NCBI GenBank assembly: GCA_965261595.1
Contig: CBDHDG010000006.1
Coordinates: forward strand, 288,001-352,000
Length of the DNA: 64,000 nucleotides
Direction: 5' to 3'
Source: a bacterium
GTDB lineage: Bacteria; UBA8248; JACPRG01; G963555815
Below the pieces are notes generated by a model. The model saw nothing but the letters and a program-made list of their open reading frames with translations, made no database searches and was not told the DNA's origin. Positions within the stretch are counted from its first letter, which is position 1, and each line of letters starts with the position of its first letter. Both the position numbers and the translations under genes were made by a program. Shown in pieces: positions 30,557 through 39,881 of this stretch.

Positions 30557-31174
30557 TCAGCGGGGGTTCCGTTCCGCGGCGGGATGGTGTCCGTTGGTCC
30601 GGGGGCAGATATGGCCTTTGGGATCTATCGGCTGATTGCAAAGCGGACAGATGGGGCGGCCGCCCATGCAAACCTCTCGGGCCTGCCGGTGCATGTCGGC
30701 CAGCACCCGGCGGCTTGCCCGAAAGCTCATGGTCGCCTCGATGTCCGCAAGCGCTTCTTCCAGGCTTTCTTCCTTTCCCAGGTCCTCCCCGTCCTCTCCG
30801 GCTTCTTCCGCGGACGCCGCCGCCTCTTCCAGGGTCTCGACCAACGCATCCACATCGTGGACGAAAAAGACAAACTGATCGGTTTCCTCGTCGTAGCCCA
30901 TCCCCATTCGGCCGATCTTGAATTCCAGAGGCTGATACTCCTCATCCGAGACTTTCTCCGTCCGGGACGAGGCCGCTCCCCGATCCGCCGGCGTCGAATC
31001 CAGCATGCGCTCGATGGACACCGCCAGGCTGTAGAGCTGCTCCTTTTCCAGCCACAGACAGGCGCCGCCCTTCGAGGCATCGACCAAAAGGCGGAAGGTC
31101 CGCTTTCCGGGAACGCCGATGGATTCGGCCTGGAAGACCTTCACCTGCCCGATGTCGTGCTTCGCTTCGCTCAT
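30557..31174 (-). CDS. DUF3090-family protein
   Basis: IGVPGKRTF, WLEKEQL, EFKIGRMGMGYD, GRPICPLCNQPIDPKGHICPRTNGH. Confidence 0.9.
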   Translation of the reverse strand: MSEAKHDIGQVKVFQAESIGVPGKRTFRLLVDASKGGACLWLEKEQLYSLAVSIERMLDSTPADRGAASSRTEKVSDEEYQPLEFKIGRMGMGYDEETDQFVFFVHDVDALVETLEEAAASAEEAGEDGEDLGKEESLEEALADIEATMSFRASRRVLADMHRQAREVCMGGRPICPLCNQPIDPKGHICPRTNGHHPAAERNPR

Positions 31175-31423
31175 CTCACCTCGTTTGCGCTTGGGACGCC
31201 GTAGCGGTTTCCGAAGCCGCCCAGGTTCATCCCCCGGCTTATACCCCACGGAACGGCGGTTGTAAACGCGCTGTCTGGGTTCAAGACAGATGAGAAACCG
31301 GGACGTTTTTTTGAATCTCTCCAGGGCCCGGGCCACCGCGTCTCCGCTCTCCCGGCTCGATGTTTCCCGGGCCTTCGCGCGCCGCCGGCGATCGTGAGAA
31401 CAAACAAACGTCCACCCCGATCC

Positions 31424-31450
31424 GTCATTCCCGCGAAGGCGGGAATCCAG
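31424..31450. repeat. REP copy GTCATTCCCGCGAAGGCGGGAATCCAG
   Basis: Same family as 10749, 10898 and 48121. Confidence 0.88.
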
Positions 31451-31535
31451 CGCTCCGAGCCGCGGATCCCTCCTCCTGCCCACGTATCATTAAGTGGAGG
31501 CCGAAAACCGGGGATATCTGAGATCACCCCGGCAA

Positions 31536-32749
31536 TCATTGTCCATCCTCGGAACCCCGGGAAGCGACTTCGCGATAGCAGGCGGCCAGCAAGCGGGCGC
31601 CTTCTCTCGCGCTGAAATGCTCATGGACGCGCCGGCGGCCCGCCTCGGCGATGGCCGTTCGCCGGGCCACGTCCCGGGCCAGGCCCGCCAGAACCCCGGC
31701 CAGGGCGTCCGGGTTTCCCGGGTTGAAGAGCAGGCCGGTCACGCCGTCCTCGATGAGCTCGCCCATGGGCTCGATGCGGCTCGCCGCCACCGGGACGCCC
31801 AAGGCCATTGCCTCGAGGGGAACCAGGGGGAAACCCTCGGAAGCCAGCGAGGCGAACAGGAACGCGTCGGCGGCCTGGAAAACGCGGTGGGTGTCGTCCC
31901 GGACGCCCAGGAACACCACGCGGCCGCCCAGGCTCAGCGAGCGGCTGAGACCGCGCAGGCTCTCCTCCTCCTCCCCGCCGCCGGCGAGGTAGAGACGGGC
32001 GCGGGGGACCGCCGGCAGGAGCTTCTCCATGGCGCGCACCATCACCGCGAACCCTTTCTGCGGCACGAAGCGAGCCGCGCTCGCCAGAACAAACTCATCC
32101 GGCGCGGCGCCCAGCTCCGCACGCACGGCCGGCGGAGCGCCGGGTCCGGCGCGGCGAACCGGGCCGTGTCGACGGTGTTGTGTATGACCGTGACCCGGTC
32201 CTCCCGGAACCCCAGGAGACGGACGGCGGACCGCTTCGCGTGACGCGAGACGGCGACGGCGTGATGGCAGAGCCGCCTGGCCGTGAACCGGTCCACCCGG
32301 AGCCGCTTGCTCTGGTCGTAAAACCCCTTCCAGTCGGGCTCGTACATCGTGTTCTGGATGGAGGTCATGACGGGAACCCGGCCCGCCCCCCCCGCCCACC
32401 AGCCCGCCAGGCGGGCGCAGACGTCCGCGTAGAAGAGCTGCGCGTGGACGATATCGGGGCGGCGCTTCCGGATGATCCCGCGGAGACGATAGACGCCCTT
32501 CGGGATGTCCCGCGGGCCCGACACCCCGAGCCATTCGGTTTCGACCCCGAGCGCCTCCACTTCCGGTTTCAGATCGTCCGCCGGGAGGACGTAGACGACG
32601 CGGCTCTCGACGGCCTCGCCGGCCAGGTAGGCGAGGTCATTGACCAGCCGACGCTCGGCCCCCCCCCGGGAGAGGGACTCGATCACCTGGAGGACGCGCA
32701 GGGGGCGGCCCTCCCCCCCCCCTCCCCCTCCTTCGGCCGGCCGGCTCAA
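31536..32749 (-). CDS. GT4 glycosyltransferase; frameshift near 32130
   Basis: N-half in ORF 32042..32830 (SLSRGGAERRL, VIHNTVD); C-half in 31536..32534 (RFVPQKG, EGFPLVPLEAMALG). Confidence 0.85.
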
Positions 32750-34716
32750 ACCGCCGCCGGGGCGGCGGCCGGGGTGAGCGGACCGTCGATCATTCGCCGA
32801 AACCAGAGCTCCAGATTCATCCAACTCCACAGGGCCAGACGGATATTCTGCTCGCCCCGGCAGTGGCGGTCATATTCGCGGAGAACCGTCTGGTGGTTGA
32901 AGAAACCACGCGCGCGGAACGCCTCCGACTCGATGAGATCCCGGACCGTCTCGCGCATATCGGTCTTCAGCCAAAGGTCGGTGGGCGCCATAAAGCCCTT
33001 CTTGTCCGTCCGGGTGCGGATGACCTCCGGCAGGACGCCCCGCATGGCGTTTCGCAGAACGACCTTCGTCCAGCCGTCCCGGATCTTCTGATGGCCCGGC
33101 AGGCCGTAGGCGTATTCCACCAAGCGGTGATCCAGAAACGGAATCCGGGACTCGACGGAGAAGGCCATGCTGTTGCGGTCCTCGAAGTGGAGCCATCCGG
33201 GCACGGGGTAGATCCGCAGGCCCATGTAAGAGCACGTCCGAAGGCCCGAGCCGTCCCGGAGGCTCAGGGTCTCCGGCTCGCCGTGGGTCTTCACAAAATC
33301 GGGATCGAGGACGCCGTGGAAACCCGTCCCGTTCCGTTTGAGGGACCGTTTCAGCCCCTCGGGGGTCCGCAGGCTCGCCAGGACCCGCGCCGCCGACGCA
33401 ACGGCACGTCCGCCCCAGCCCCAGCCGGCGCGCCGGTAGGCGTTCACCTCGCGGGCCAGAGTCCCCCACCGGCCCGCGCCCAGCAGATCGGCGAAATGAT
33501 AGATGAAATCCTGGGGATAACCGTTGAGGAGCTCGTCCCCCCCGTGCCCGCTCAGGAGGACCTTGACGCCCCCGGCGCGGACGGACCGCATGACGTACCA
33601 CTGGGCGAACTGGTTCAGGTTGTGGAAAGGCTCGTCCTGGAACCAGATCAGGTCGGGCAGCAGGCCGAAGAGCTCATCCACCCGGGGGAAGACGTACTGC
33701 GCGTCCGCGCCGGTGTGCTCGACGACCGGATGGATGAATTCCCGCTCATCGTACTTCGGGTCCTCGAAGCAGGAGGAGAACGTCCGCAGCCGGGCCGGAC
33801 GGATCGCCTCCGCCGCCACGCAGGCGATGGAGGAGGAGTCGAGCCCCCCGCTGAGGCAGACGCCGAGCGGGACGTCGCTGCGCAGCCTGAGCCGGACGGC
33901 GTCGCTGAAGATGTCCCGGAAGCGCTCGGCGGCCTCCTCGTCGGTCCCCGGCGAATCGCCGCTTGCCGGGCGCTCGATCTCCCAATACCGCTTGACCTCG
34001 GTCCGGCCGCCCCGGAGGGTGAGAAAGTGTGAGGGCGGGATCTGCCGGATGCCGTCGAAGAACGTCGCGTCGGTGAAATCCATCAGGCCGGACCCGGTGG
34101 CCAGGTACCGATGGATGGTGGGACCGTGCGGCTTTCGCGGAACGTCCGGGTGGAGGAGGATCGACTTGATCTCCGACGCGAAGAGAAAGCGCCGTCCGTC
34201 GTCGAAGTAATAGAAGGGTTTGATGCCGAAGCGGTCGCGCGCGCAGAAGAGCTTCTTTGCGCGGCCGTCCCAGAGGGCGAAGCCCCACATGCCGTTGAAG
34301 CGCTGAAGGCAGTCCTCGCCCCATTCTTCGTAGGCGTGGAGGATGACCTCGGTGTCGCACCGGCTCCGGAAAACGTGCCCCCGGCTTTTGAGCTCCTCCG
34401 CCAGCTCCACATGGTTGTAGATCTCGCCGTTGTAGGCCACCCAGATCGAGCGGTCCTCGTTGCACATGGGCTGGGCGCCGCTTTCGGAGAGATCGATGAT
34501 GCTGAGACGCCGGTTGGCGAGGGCCAGCGGGGCGGAAGAATTGTCAGCGGGCGACGGCCGGGAATGGAATTGCGGGTCACGGACGCCGGTCGGGTCGAGC
34601 AGGATGAAGCCCTCGCCGTCCGGCCCCCGATGGGCGATGGCGTCGTTCATCCGCACCAGCGCCTCCACGTCCACCGGCGCGCCGTCGCGATGATAGATGC
34701 CTACGATTCCGCACAA
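32746..34716 (-). CDS. asnB: Asparagine synthase (glutamine-hydrolysing)-like amidotransferase
   Basis: MCGI, HRGPDG, RRLSIID, LSGGLDSS, ESRIPFLDH. Confidence 0.93.
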   Translation of the reverse strand: MCGIVGIYHRDGAPVDVEALVRMNDAIAHRGPDGEGFILLDPTGVRDPQFHSRPSPADNSSAPLALANRRLSIIDLSESGAQPMCNEDRSIWVAYNGEIYNHVELAEELKSRGHVFRSRCDTEVILHAYEEWGEDCLQRFNGMWGFALWDGRAKKLFCARDRFGIKPFYYFDDGRRFLFASEIKSILLHPDVPRKPHGPTIHRYLATGSGLMDFTDATFFDGIRQIPPSHFLTLRGGRTEVKRYWEIERPASGDSPGTDEEAAERFRDIFSDAVRLRLRSDVPLGVCLSGGLDSSSIACVAAEAIRPARLRTFSSCFEDPKYDEREFIHPVVEHTGADAQYVFPRVDELFGLLPDLIWFQDEPFHNLNQFAQWYVMRSVRAGGVKVLLSGHGGDELLNGYPQDFIYHFADLLGAGRWGTLAREVNAYRRAGWGWGGRAVASAARVLASLRTPEGLKRSLKRNGTGFHGVLDPDFVKTHGEPETLSLRDGSGLRTCSYMGLRIYPVPGWLHFEDRNSMAFSVESRIPFLDHRLVEYAYGLPGHQKIRDGWTKVVLRNAMRGVLPEVIRTRTDKKGFMAPTDLWLKTDMRETVRDLIESEAFRARGFFNHQTVLREYDRHCRGEQNIRLALWSWMNLELWFRRMIDGPLTPAAAPAAV

Positions 34717-34777
34717 AGTCTTGGGTCTTCCCGATGAGTGTTCCGCGCCGGGGAGGATTCGAGAACGGCCGTCCGGC

Positions 34778-36145
34778 TCAGCCCGAGACGGCCTTTGGAA
34801 GCGCCGCCTCCCGGTGGGCTTCGATCCCCGCCTCGGCCAAAGCCTCCCGCGCGAAGGCCAAATTCTTCTCGACCGCGCCGGCGTTGGGCGCGACGACCTT
34901 CTCCGCCGCCAGGCAAACCCGCCGCATCGCGCCCTCGTTCCGCAGAAGGCGGAGGATCGTCGCGGCCATCTCCTCCCCGGTCTGGACCTGGAGGCCGGGG
35001 TCGGCGGCGAGCAGGATCTCCGTGACCTCCCCCCAGTGGTTCATGTGAGGGCCGAAGAGCAGGGGCCGGCCGTGGACGAGCGGCTCGATGGGGTTGTGGC
35101 CGAACGCCAGCCTCCCCTTGGGAATGATGCTCGCCCCGACGAAATTGACCGTCCCGATCCCGTAGAGGCGGCCCAGCCCGCCGAAGGTGTCCACGATGAT
35201 CACCGCGTCCCGGGGGGCCTCGCCCGCGTCCAGGGCGGTCTGCATCTGATAGTCCAATCCCGCCTTGGAGAAAACCTCATCCAGCTTGAGGGTGTTGCTG
35301 TAATAGCTCGGGGCCATCAGGAGACGGAAACCGGGATGGTGTTCCCGGACGCGCCGGAAGGCGTCCAGGATGACATCGTCCTCTCCCGCCCGGACGCTTC
35401 CGGCGACGAAAACGGGGGCGTCCGGCGGGATGCCCAGCGTCCGGCGCATCCCGCGCCGCTCCCCATCGGAGAGCCGGAGGAATTCCAAATCATACTTCAT
35501 CTCCCCGACCACCTTGATTTTCTCCGGGTCCGCGCCCAGGCGGCGACACCCCTCCGCGTCCGCCTCCGACTTCACGCCGATGCGGTCCAAAAACCGGTGA
35601 AACCTCCGGGGGATGGAGCGCGCGACAATCTCGTGCGCTTCGTAGCCGTGGCTCATAAACCCGCTGAGGAGAACCGTCCGGACCCCGGCCCGTTGGGCCT
35701 CCCGGCACAGGACCGGGTAGCTCATGTTCTCGATGAAAATCAGAACCCGGGGCCGGAGCGTCCGGATCACCCGGCGGACGACGTTTCTCAGGTCCCACGG
35801 ACTGTCGAAGACGAAATCCAGCGCTTTCCTTTTCCTGGAGAACTCGAAGGAGTACCGGTTGTTCGTCGAGAGAACGAGATTGACGTCCGGATACATCTCC
35901 CTCAACCGGTTGACGAGGGTGACGATCTGCGTGTTCTCGCCGCCCGAGAGGGCCTCGAACCAGACTGTGGGGCGCCGCCGGGCAAGCTCCCCGAGCCCCT
36001 TCGGCAGAAACCCCCACCGGCTCCGGAAAAACCTCCGGAAGTAAGGATCCCTCCCGAAAACCACCCGCTTCCAAAAGGTCACGGGGAGGTAGGCGTACGC
36101 CTTGCCGATGAACCTGGCCTCTCGCAGAAGCGCTTTCGGGTTCAA
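34778..36145 (-). CDS. WaaA/KdtA-like (GT30) ulosonic-acid transferase
   Basis: WFEALSGGE, PWD, GEMKYD, AGSVRAGE, DTFGGL, GHNPIEP. Confidence 0.8.
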   Translation of the reverse strand: MNPKALLREARFIGKAYAYLPVTFWKRVVFGRDPYFRRFFRSRWGFLPKGLGELARRRPTVWFEALSGGENTQIVTLVNRLREMYPDVNLVLSTNNRYSFEFSRKRKALDFVFDSPWDLRNVVRRVIRTLRPRVLIFIENMSYPVLCREAQRAGVRTVLLSGFMSHGYEAHEIVARSIPRRFHRFLDRIGVKSEADAEGCRRLGADPEKIKVVGEMKYDLEFLRLSDGERRGMRRTLGIPPDAPVFVAGSVRAGEDDVILDAFRRVREHHPGFRLLMAPSYYSNTLKLDEVFSKAGLDYQMQTALDAGEAPRDAVIIVDTFGGLGRLYGIGTVNFVGASIIPKGRLAFGHNPIEPLVHGRPLLFGPHMNHWGEVTEILLAADPGLQVQTGEEMAATILRLLRNEGAMRRVCLAAEKVVAPNAGAVEKNLAFAREALAEAGIEAHREAALPKAVSG

Positions 36146-36882
36146 TCCTTCCGTCCCCCCCCTCCTCCTCCCTTGCTGTCCCGCTCCAGGGCGGCCGTCC
36201 AGGCCGGCAGGAGGGATTCGGCGATCTCCAAATCGAGCTTCGAGCGCACGTCCACCCGCCCGGAGATCCCCCGGATGGGAACCATCCCCACCCGGTAGCC
36301 CAGACGGTCGCCCCGCTTGATGACCTCTCCCCGGGTCGCGCAGACCATGCCGCTGATCTCCCGGTAAATGGGCTTGCGCGCCGAGCGGGGGGCGTGGCCC
36401 GACTCCCCGATGGGCATGAGCCCCCGGTTGTCCTGAAACCAGAAGCTCGCCGTTTCCTCGAAGGCCACGAACATGGAATCCAGGTCCTGATCCAGAAGCG
36501 TCTCGACGATCCGGTCGATAAGCCCGGGCGGGCGGAACGGGTGCGACACCTCTAACAGAACCGCCACGTCCACGGCCCGGCCCTCGCTCTCCTCGAGCGA
36601 TTCGACGGCGTACTGAAGCACGCGCTCGAGGGGAACATCGGACCCGGCCAATGCCTCCGGCCGCAGAAACGGGGCCTCGGCCCCTTCCCCGCGCGCCAGC
36701 TCAGCCAGATCCGGGTCCTCCGTGCTGACGATGATCCGCTCGACAAGGCGGCTCTGCTTCGCCGCGTCCAGGGTATGGACCAGAAGCGGCTTCCCGCCTA
36801 GCCGCTTCCGGTAGAGGGGCTTGCCCTGAACCGGCACGAGGGCGATCACCTGGCGAGGATGGGGATCAGCGGGCGATGTCAT
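36142..36882 (-). CDS. Acylneuraminate cytidylyltransferase-like protein, degenerate N-terminal motif
   Basis: GGKPLL, IIVSTED, PFLRP present; ARGGSK...KN missing. Confidence 0.75.
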   Translation of the reverse strand: MTSPADPHPRQVIALVPVQGKPLYRKRLGGKPLLVHTLDAAKQSRLVERIIVSTEDPDLAELARGEGAEAPFLRPEALAGSDVPLERVLQYAVESLEESEGRAVDVAVLLEVSHPFRPPGLIDRIVETLLDQDLDSMFVAFEETASFWFQDNRGLMPIGESGHAPRSARKPIYREISGMVCATRGEVIKRGDRLGYRVGMVPIRGISGRVDVRSKLDLEIAESLLPAWTAALERDSKGGGGGGRKD

Positions 36883-37624
36883 AGATGTGCGCCCCCTCCC
36901 ATTCGGTCAAGACCTTCTCCGCCAGCCACAGGTCGAATTCGTCGTGGATGTCGATGTTGGCCGCCGGGTCGTCATACCACAGGATGTCCACGCGGTCGCC
37001 GACCCGGCGCGGCGGCTCCCCCGTCAGGAGCCGGGCCCGTGTGGCGCAGGCCAGTCCGGTGTCCTCCCGGTAGGTCGGCTTTTTCCCCTGTCGGGAGCCG
37101 TGCCCCGCATATTCGCCCAGGGGCTGAAATCCCCCATCCGGCGCGTCCTTCCAGAAATTCTTGTGCGTCTTCAGGGCGGCGAAGGCCGTGTCGATGGCGG
37201 GGTCTTCCTGAAGGCGCCGGACCACTTCGTCGATCCAGCCGGGGCGCCGGAAGACGTCGGTGGTCTGGAGGTAGACGAGGATCCCCACCTCGGTCCCTTC
37301 GTTTTGCGCGAGCCAGTGGCAGGCGTGGGCGAGGGTGTCTTCGGTGGTGGCGAGATCCGAGGTCAGGTCGACCGTCCGGCCCGCCGGCGTCCGGTGCGTC
37401 TCGGGCCGCAGGAAGGGGGTCTCCGCGCCCCACTCGCGGGCGGCGGCGGCGATCTCTTCGTCGTCCGTGGTGACGATGACCCGCTCGACCCGTTGGGCCT
37501 TGACCGCGGCCTGAACGGTGTGGGCGATGAGGGGCTTGCCGGCCAGGAGCCGGACGTTCTTCCGGGGGAGTCCCTTGGAACCGCCCCGGGCGGGGATGAC
37601 GGCGACGACGGGGCCTTCGGCCAT
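36866..37624 (-). CDS. Acylneuraminate cytidylyltransferase (NeuA family)
   Basis: IPARGGSKGLPRKN, VTTDDEEI, PFLRP, DIHDEFD. Confidence 0.9.
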   Translation of the reverse strand: MAEGPVVAVIPARGGSKGLPRKNVRLLAGKPLIAHTVQAAVKAQRVERVIVTTDDEEIAAAAREWGAETPFLRPETHRTPAGRTVDLTSDLATTEDTLAHACHWLAQNEGTEVGILVYLQTTDVFRRPGWIDEVVRRLQEDPAIDTAFAALKTHKNFWKDAPDGGFQPLGEYAGHGSRQGKKPTYREDTGLACATRARLLTGEPPRRVGDRVDILWYDDPAANIDIHDEFDLWLAEKVLTEWEGAHIYDIAR

Positions 37625-37648
37625 TTTCCGCTCCGGCTTTCTACCGTA

Positions 37649-37791
37649 GTGTCTCCAAAATAAATAGACACTTCACAAATTGCGTGAAAGGCGGGCGGGA
37701 TGCCCGCCCTACTTTTCGCAGTTCGGCAGGCCGGGCATCTGGGTCGGCCGACCCCGCGCCCGGCCGAAAAGGGACCATTCGGGTCTCGATA
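37649..37791. repeat. Dispersed GTAG-type REP-containing element, copy B (inverted relative to copy A)
   Basis: GGCGGGCGGGATGCCCGCCCTAC plus flanks shared with 27102..27283. Confidence 0.82.
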
Positions 37792-37901
37792 GCTAAAACC
37801 ATTTCCGAGAGCAAAACCATCGAGGCGCGATTCCTCGCCACGCTCGGAATGACATGGACAGGGGTATTGCCAGGACCGATAAATCGTTATCCCGCATCCT
37901 G

Positions 37902-38604
37902 CTAGTCGTCGAAGAGGGGTTCCCGGCCGTTGATCAGCTCGATCATCTTCACCACCCGCTCGGCGCGCGCCACGTCCATGGTCTGATGAATTCCGTGGTG
38001 ATGATAGACGCTGGCCTGGGGCTCATAGACAATGTGATAGCCGGCCGCGATGACCTTCTTGGCCCAGTCCCGGTCCTCCACCCCGTTGATCTCCTCATCG
38101 AACGGGATGCGCTCCCAGACGCTTCGGCGAAGCATGGCGTTGGCGTTATGGAAGAAAGAGTCCTTGACCTGGATCTTCCGGTCCAGACCGAAGGTGTTCC
38201 ACAGGTCCCGTTTGTCGAAGGTGTGCGAATCGGGGAGCGGCTCCTGCCGTCCGTAGACGGCCGCCACCTCCGCCGGGCCGAAATTCACGGCCAGCCGGTC
38301 CAGCCACTTGTTGTGGACGGGAACGCAGTGGCCGGACAGGCAGACGAGAAGCTCCCCCCCGGACGCCTCGACGCCCCGGTTGAGGGCCCGGCCGTAGGAA
38401 AACTCGGATTCGCTGATCCCCACAACCTTGCAGTTGAAGTCCCGGACGATGTCCGCTGTCTCGTCATCGGACTCATTGTCCACGATGACGATCTCCCGGT
38501 TGGGATAATCCTGGAGGGTGGCCGCCGTCAGGCAGCGCCGGATCCAGGCCGCTTCGTTTTTTGCCCGGATGATGATCGAGATCAGGGGGGGGGGGGGAGC
38601 TCAT
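37902..38604 (-). CDS. GT2 glycosyltransferase; frameshift in the G13 run (38585-38597) just after the start
   Basis: ATG overlaps the neuB stop; LISIIIRAKNEAAWIRRCL, IVIVDNESDD, EDRDW. Confidence 0.85.
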
Positions 38605-39623
38605 TCCACCTCCACCAGCCCAAACGTGATGGGCTCGTCCTTGCGGATGTCATAGAGCGCCCGCCGGCCCAGAAGCCTGGGAAGCAGTCGCGGCGTCAAT
38701 CCCCGAAGCGGGGCCTTGGTGGAAAGCATTTCCCGTGTCAGAACCGATCCCCGGGGGATGTCCATCGCCGCCACCACCGACCGGCGCTCATCGTCGAAGG
38801 TATCGAGCTCTTCCGGCAGGACCCGTTTCTCGGCCGCTCCCGAAAGGGCCCGCTCGATCCGCCGGACGGCCTCCACCCAGCGCCGGAGTGGGTCGGGCTC
38901 GGCGCTGAAGGCGTGATCGGCCCCCGGCAGGCGGCGGTCCAGGGTGAGGCGCTTCTGGAGGACCCCCGCCCCCAAGGCCGCCGCGACGGGTCCGGTCAGG
39001 ACGCCGTCCTCATGGTCATCGTACCCGATGGGGCGATCGAACCGGCGGAGCCAGCTCAGCATCTGAAGCCGGCTCTCTTCCGCCGGTGTGGGAAAACACG
39101 CGACGCCGTGCAGAAGCGTGAGGTCGCATCCCTCTAAATGGCGGACGATCTCCGAGACTTCATCGGCGTCGCACGCGCCGGTGGATACATAGAGCGGACG
39201 CCCCCGGGCGGCCAGCGCCTCCAGGAGCGGCTGATCGGTGTTGCATCCCGGGGGGACATAGTAGCCGTCCACCTCGAGGGGATCGAGAAATTCCAGGGAT
39301 TTGAGGTCGTAGGGCGTTCCCCAGAACGCCGCCCGGCCCCGCGCCGCCTCCCGAAGCCGTCCGAAGGCCTCCGCGTCCAGGTCCAGCCTGCGGGCGACTT
39401 CCCGGGCGTTCGTCCCTAACTCGGGAAAGGCGGCGTTCGCCCGCCACAGGGCCTCCCGGCCCGAGGCCGACTCGGGAGAGCGCTTCTGGAAATTCACGGC
39501 GTCGCAGCCGCACTCGACGGCGACCTCCGCAAGTCTGCGGGCTCGCTCGAAATCGCCGTTGTGATTCACCCCGATCTCCGCCGCAAGGATGCGGCGAACA
39601 GGGTCGGATTGGCTATTGATCAT
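38601..39623 (-). CDS. NeuB/SpsE-like ulosonate synthase with SAF domain (degenerate active site)
   Basis: AEIGVNHNGD, STG, FPTP, GADH, C-terminal RRSVVAAMDI SAF domain. Confidence 0.85.
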   Translation of the reverse strand: MINSQSDPVRRILAAEIGVNHNGDFERARRLAEVAVECGCDAVNFQKRSPESASGREALWRANAAFPELGTNAREVARRLDLDAEAFGRLREAARGRAAFWGTPYDLKSLEFLDPLEVDGYYVPPGCNTDQPLLEALAARGRPLYVSTGACDADEVSEIVRHLEGCDLTLLHGVACFPTPAEESRLQMLSWLRRFDRPIGYDDHEDGVLTGPVAAALGAGVLQKRLTLDRRLPGADHAFSAEPDPLRRWVEAVRRIERALSGAAEKRVLPEELDTFDDERRSVVAAMDIPRGSVLTREMLSTKAPLRGLTPRLLPRLLGRRALYDIRKDEPITFGLVEVE

Positions 39624-39881
39624 ATCTATCGAGGGATGATTCCCGGCTCGGCGAGGGTCCCCGTCCGACCTTCAACGTGATGCGGTCAGGCCAGCCCCCG
39701 GCGCCAAAATCAGGGCGCCATCGGGGCTTTGCGGTGCATGACTCTTCGGAGGTTTTCCCGTCCAATTGGCCCATCCGGCATCAGGCCGTTCAGCGCCCTC
39801 TTATCCACGCATTTGTCTGAAAAACAATACATTCCGCCGGTCGAGGCTGTCAAGGAGGATTTTCCCGCCGGTATGGGCGCG

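Noticed and set aside
39624..39881. Possible ncRNA or riboswitch upstream of the neuB-like gene
   Set aside because: A GC-rich hairpin and a TTGACA are present, but I recognise no known RNA motif and have no support beyond base composition.
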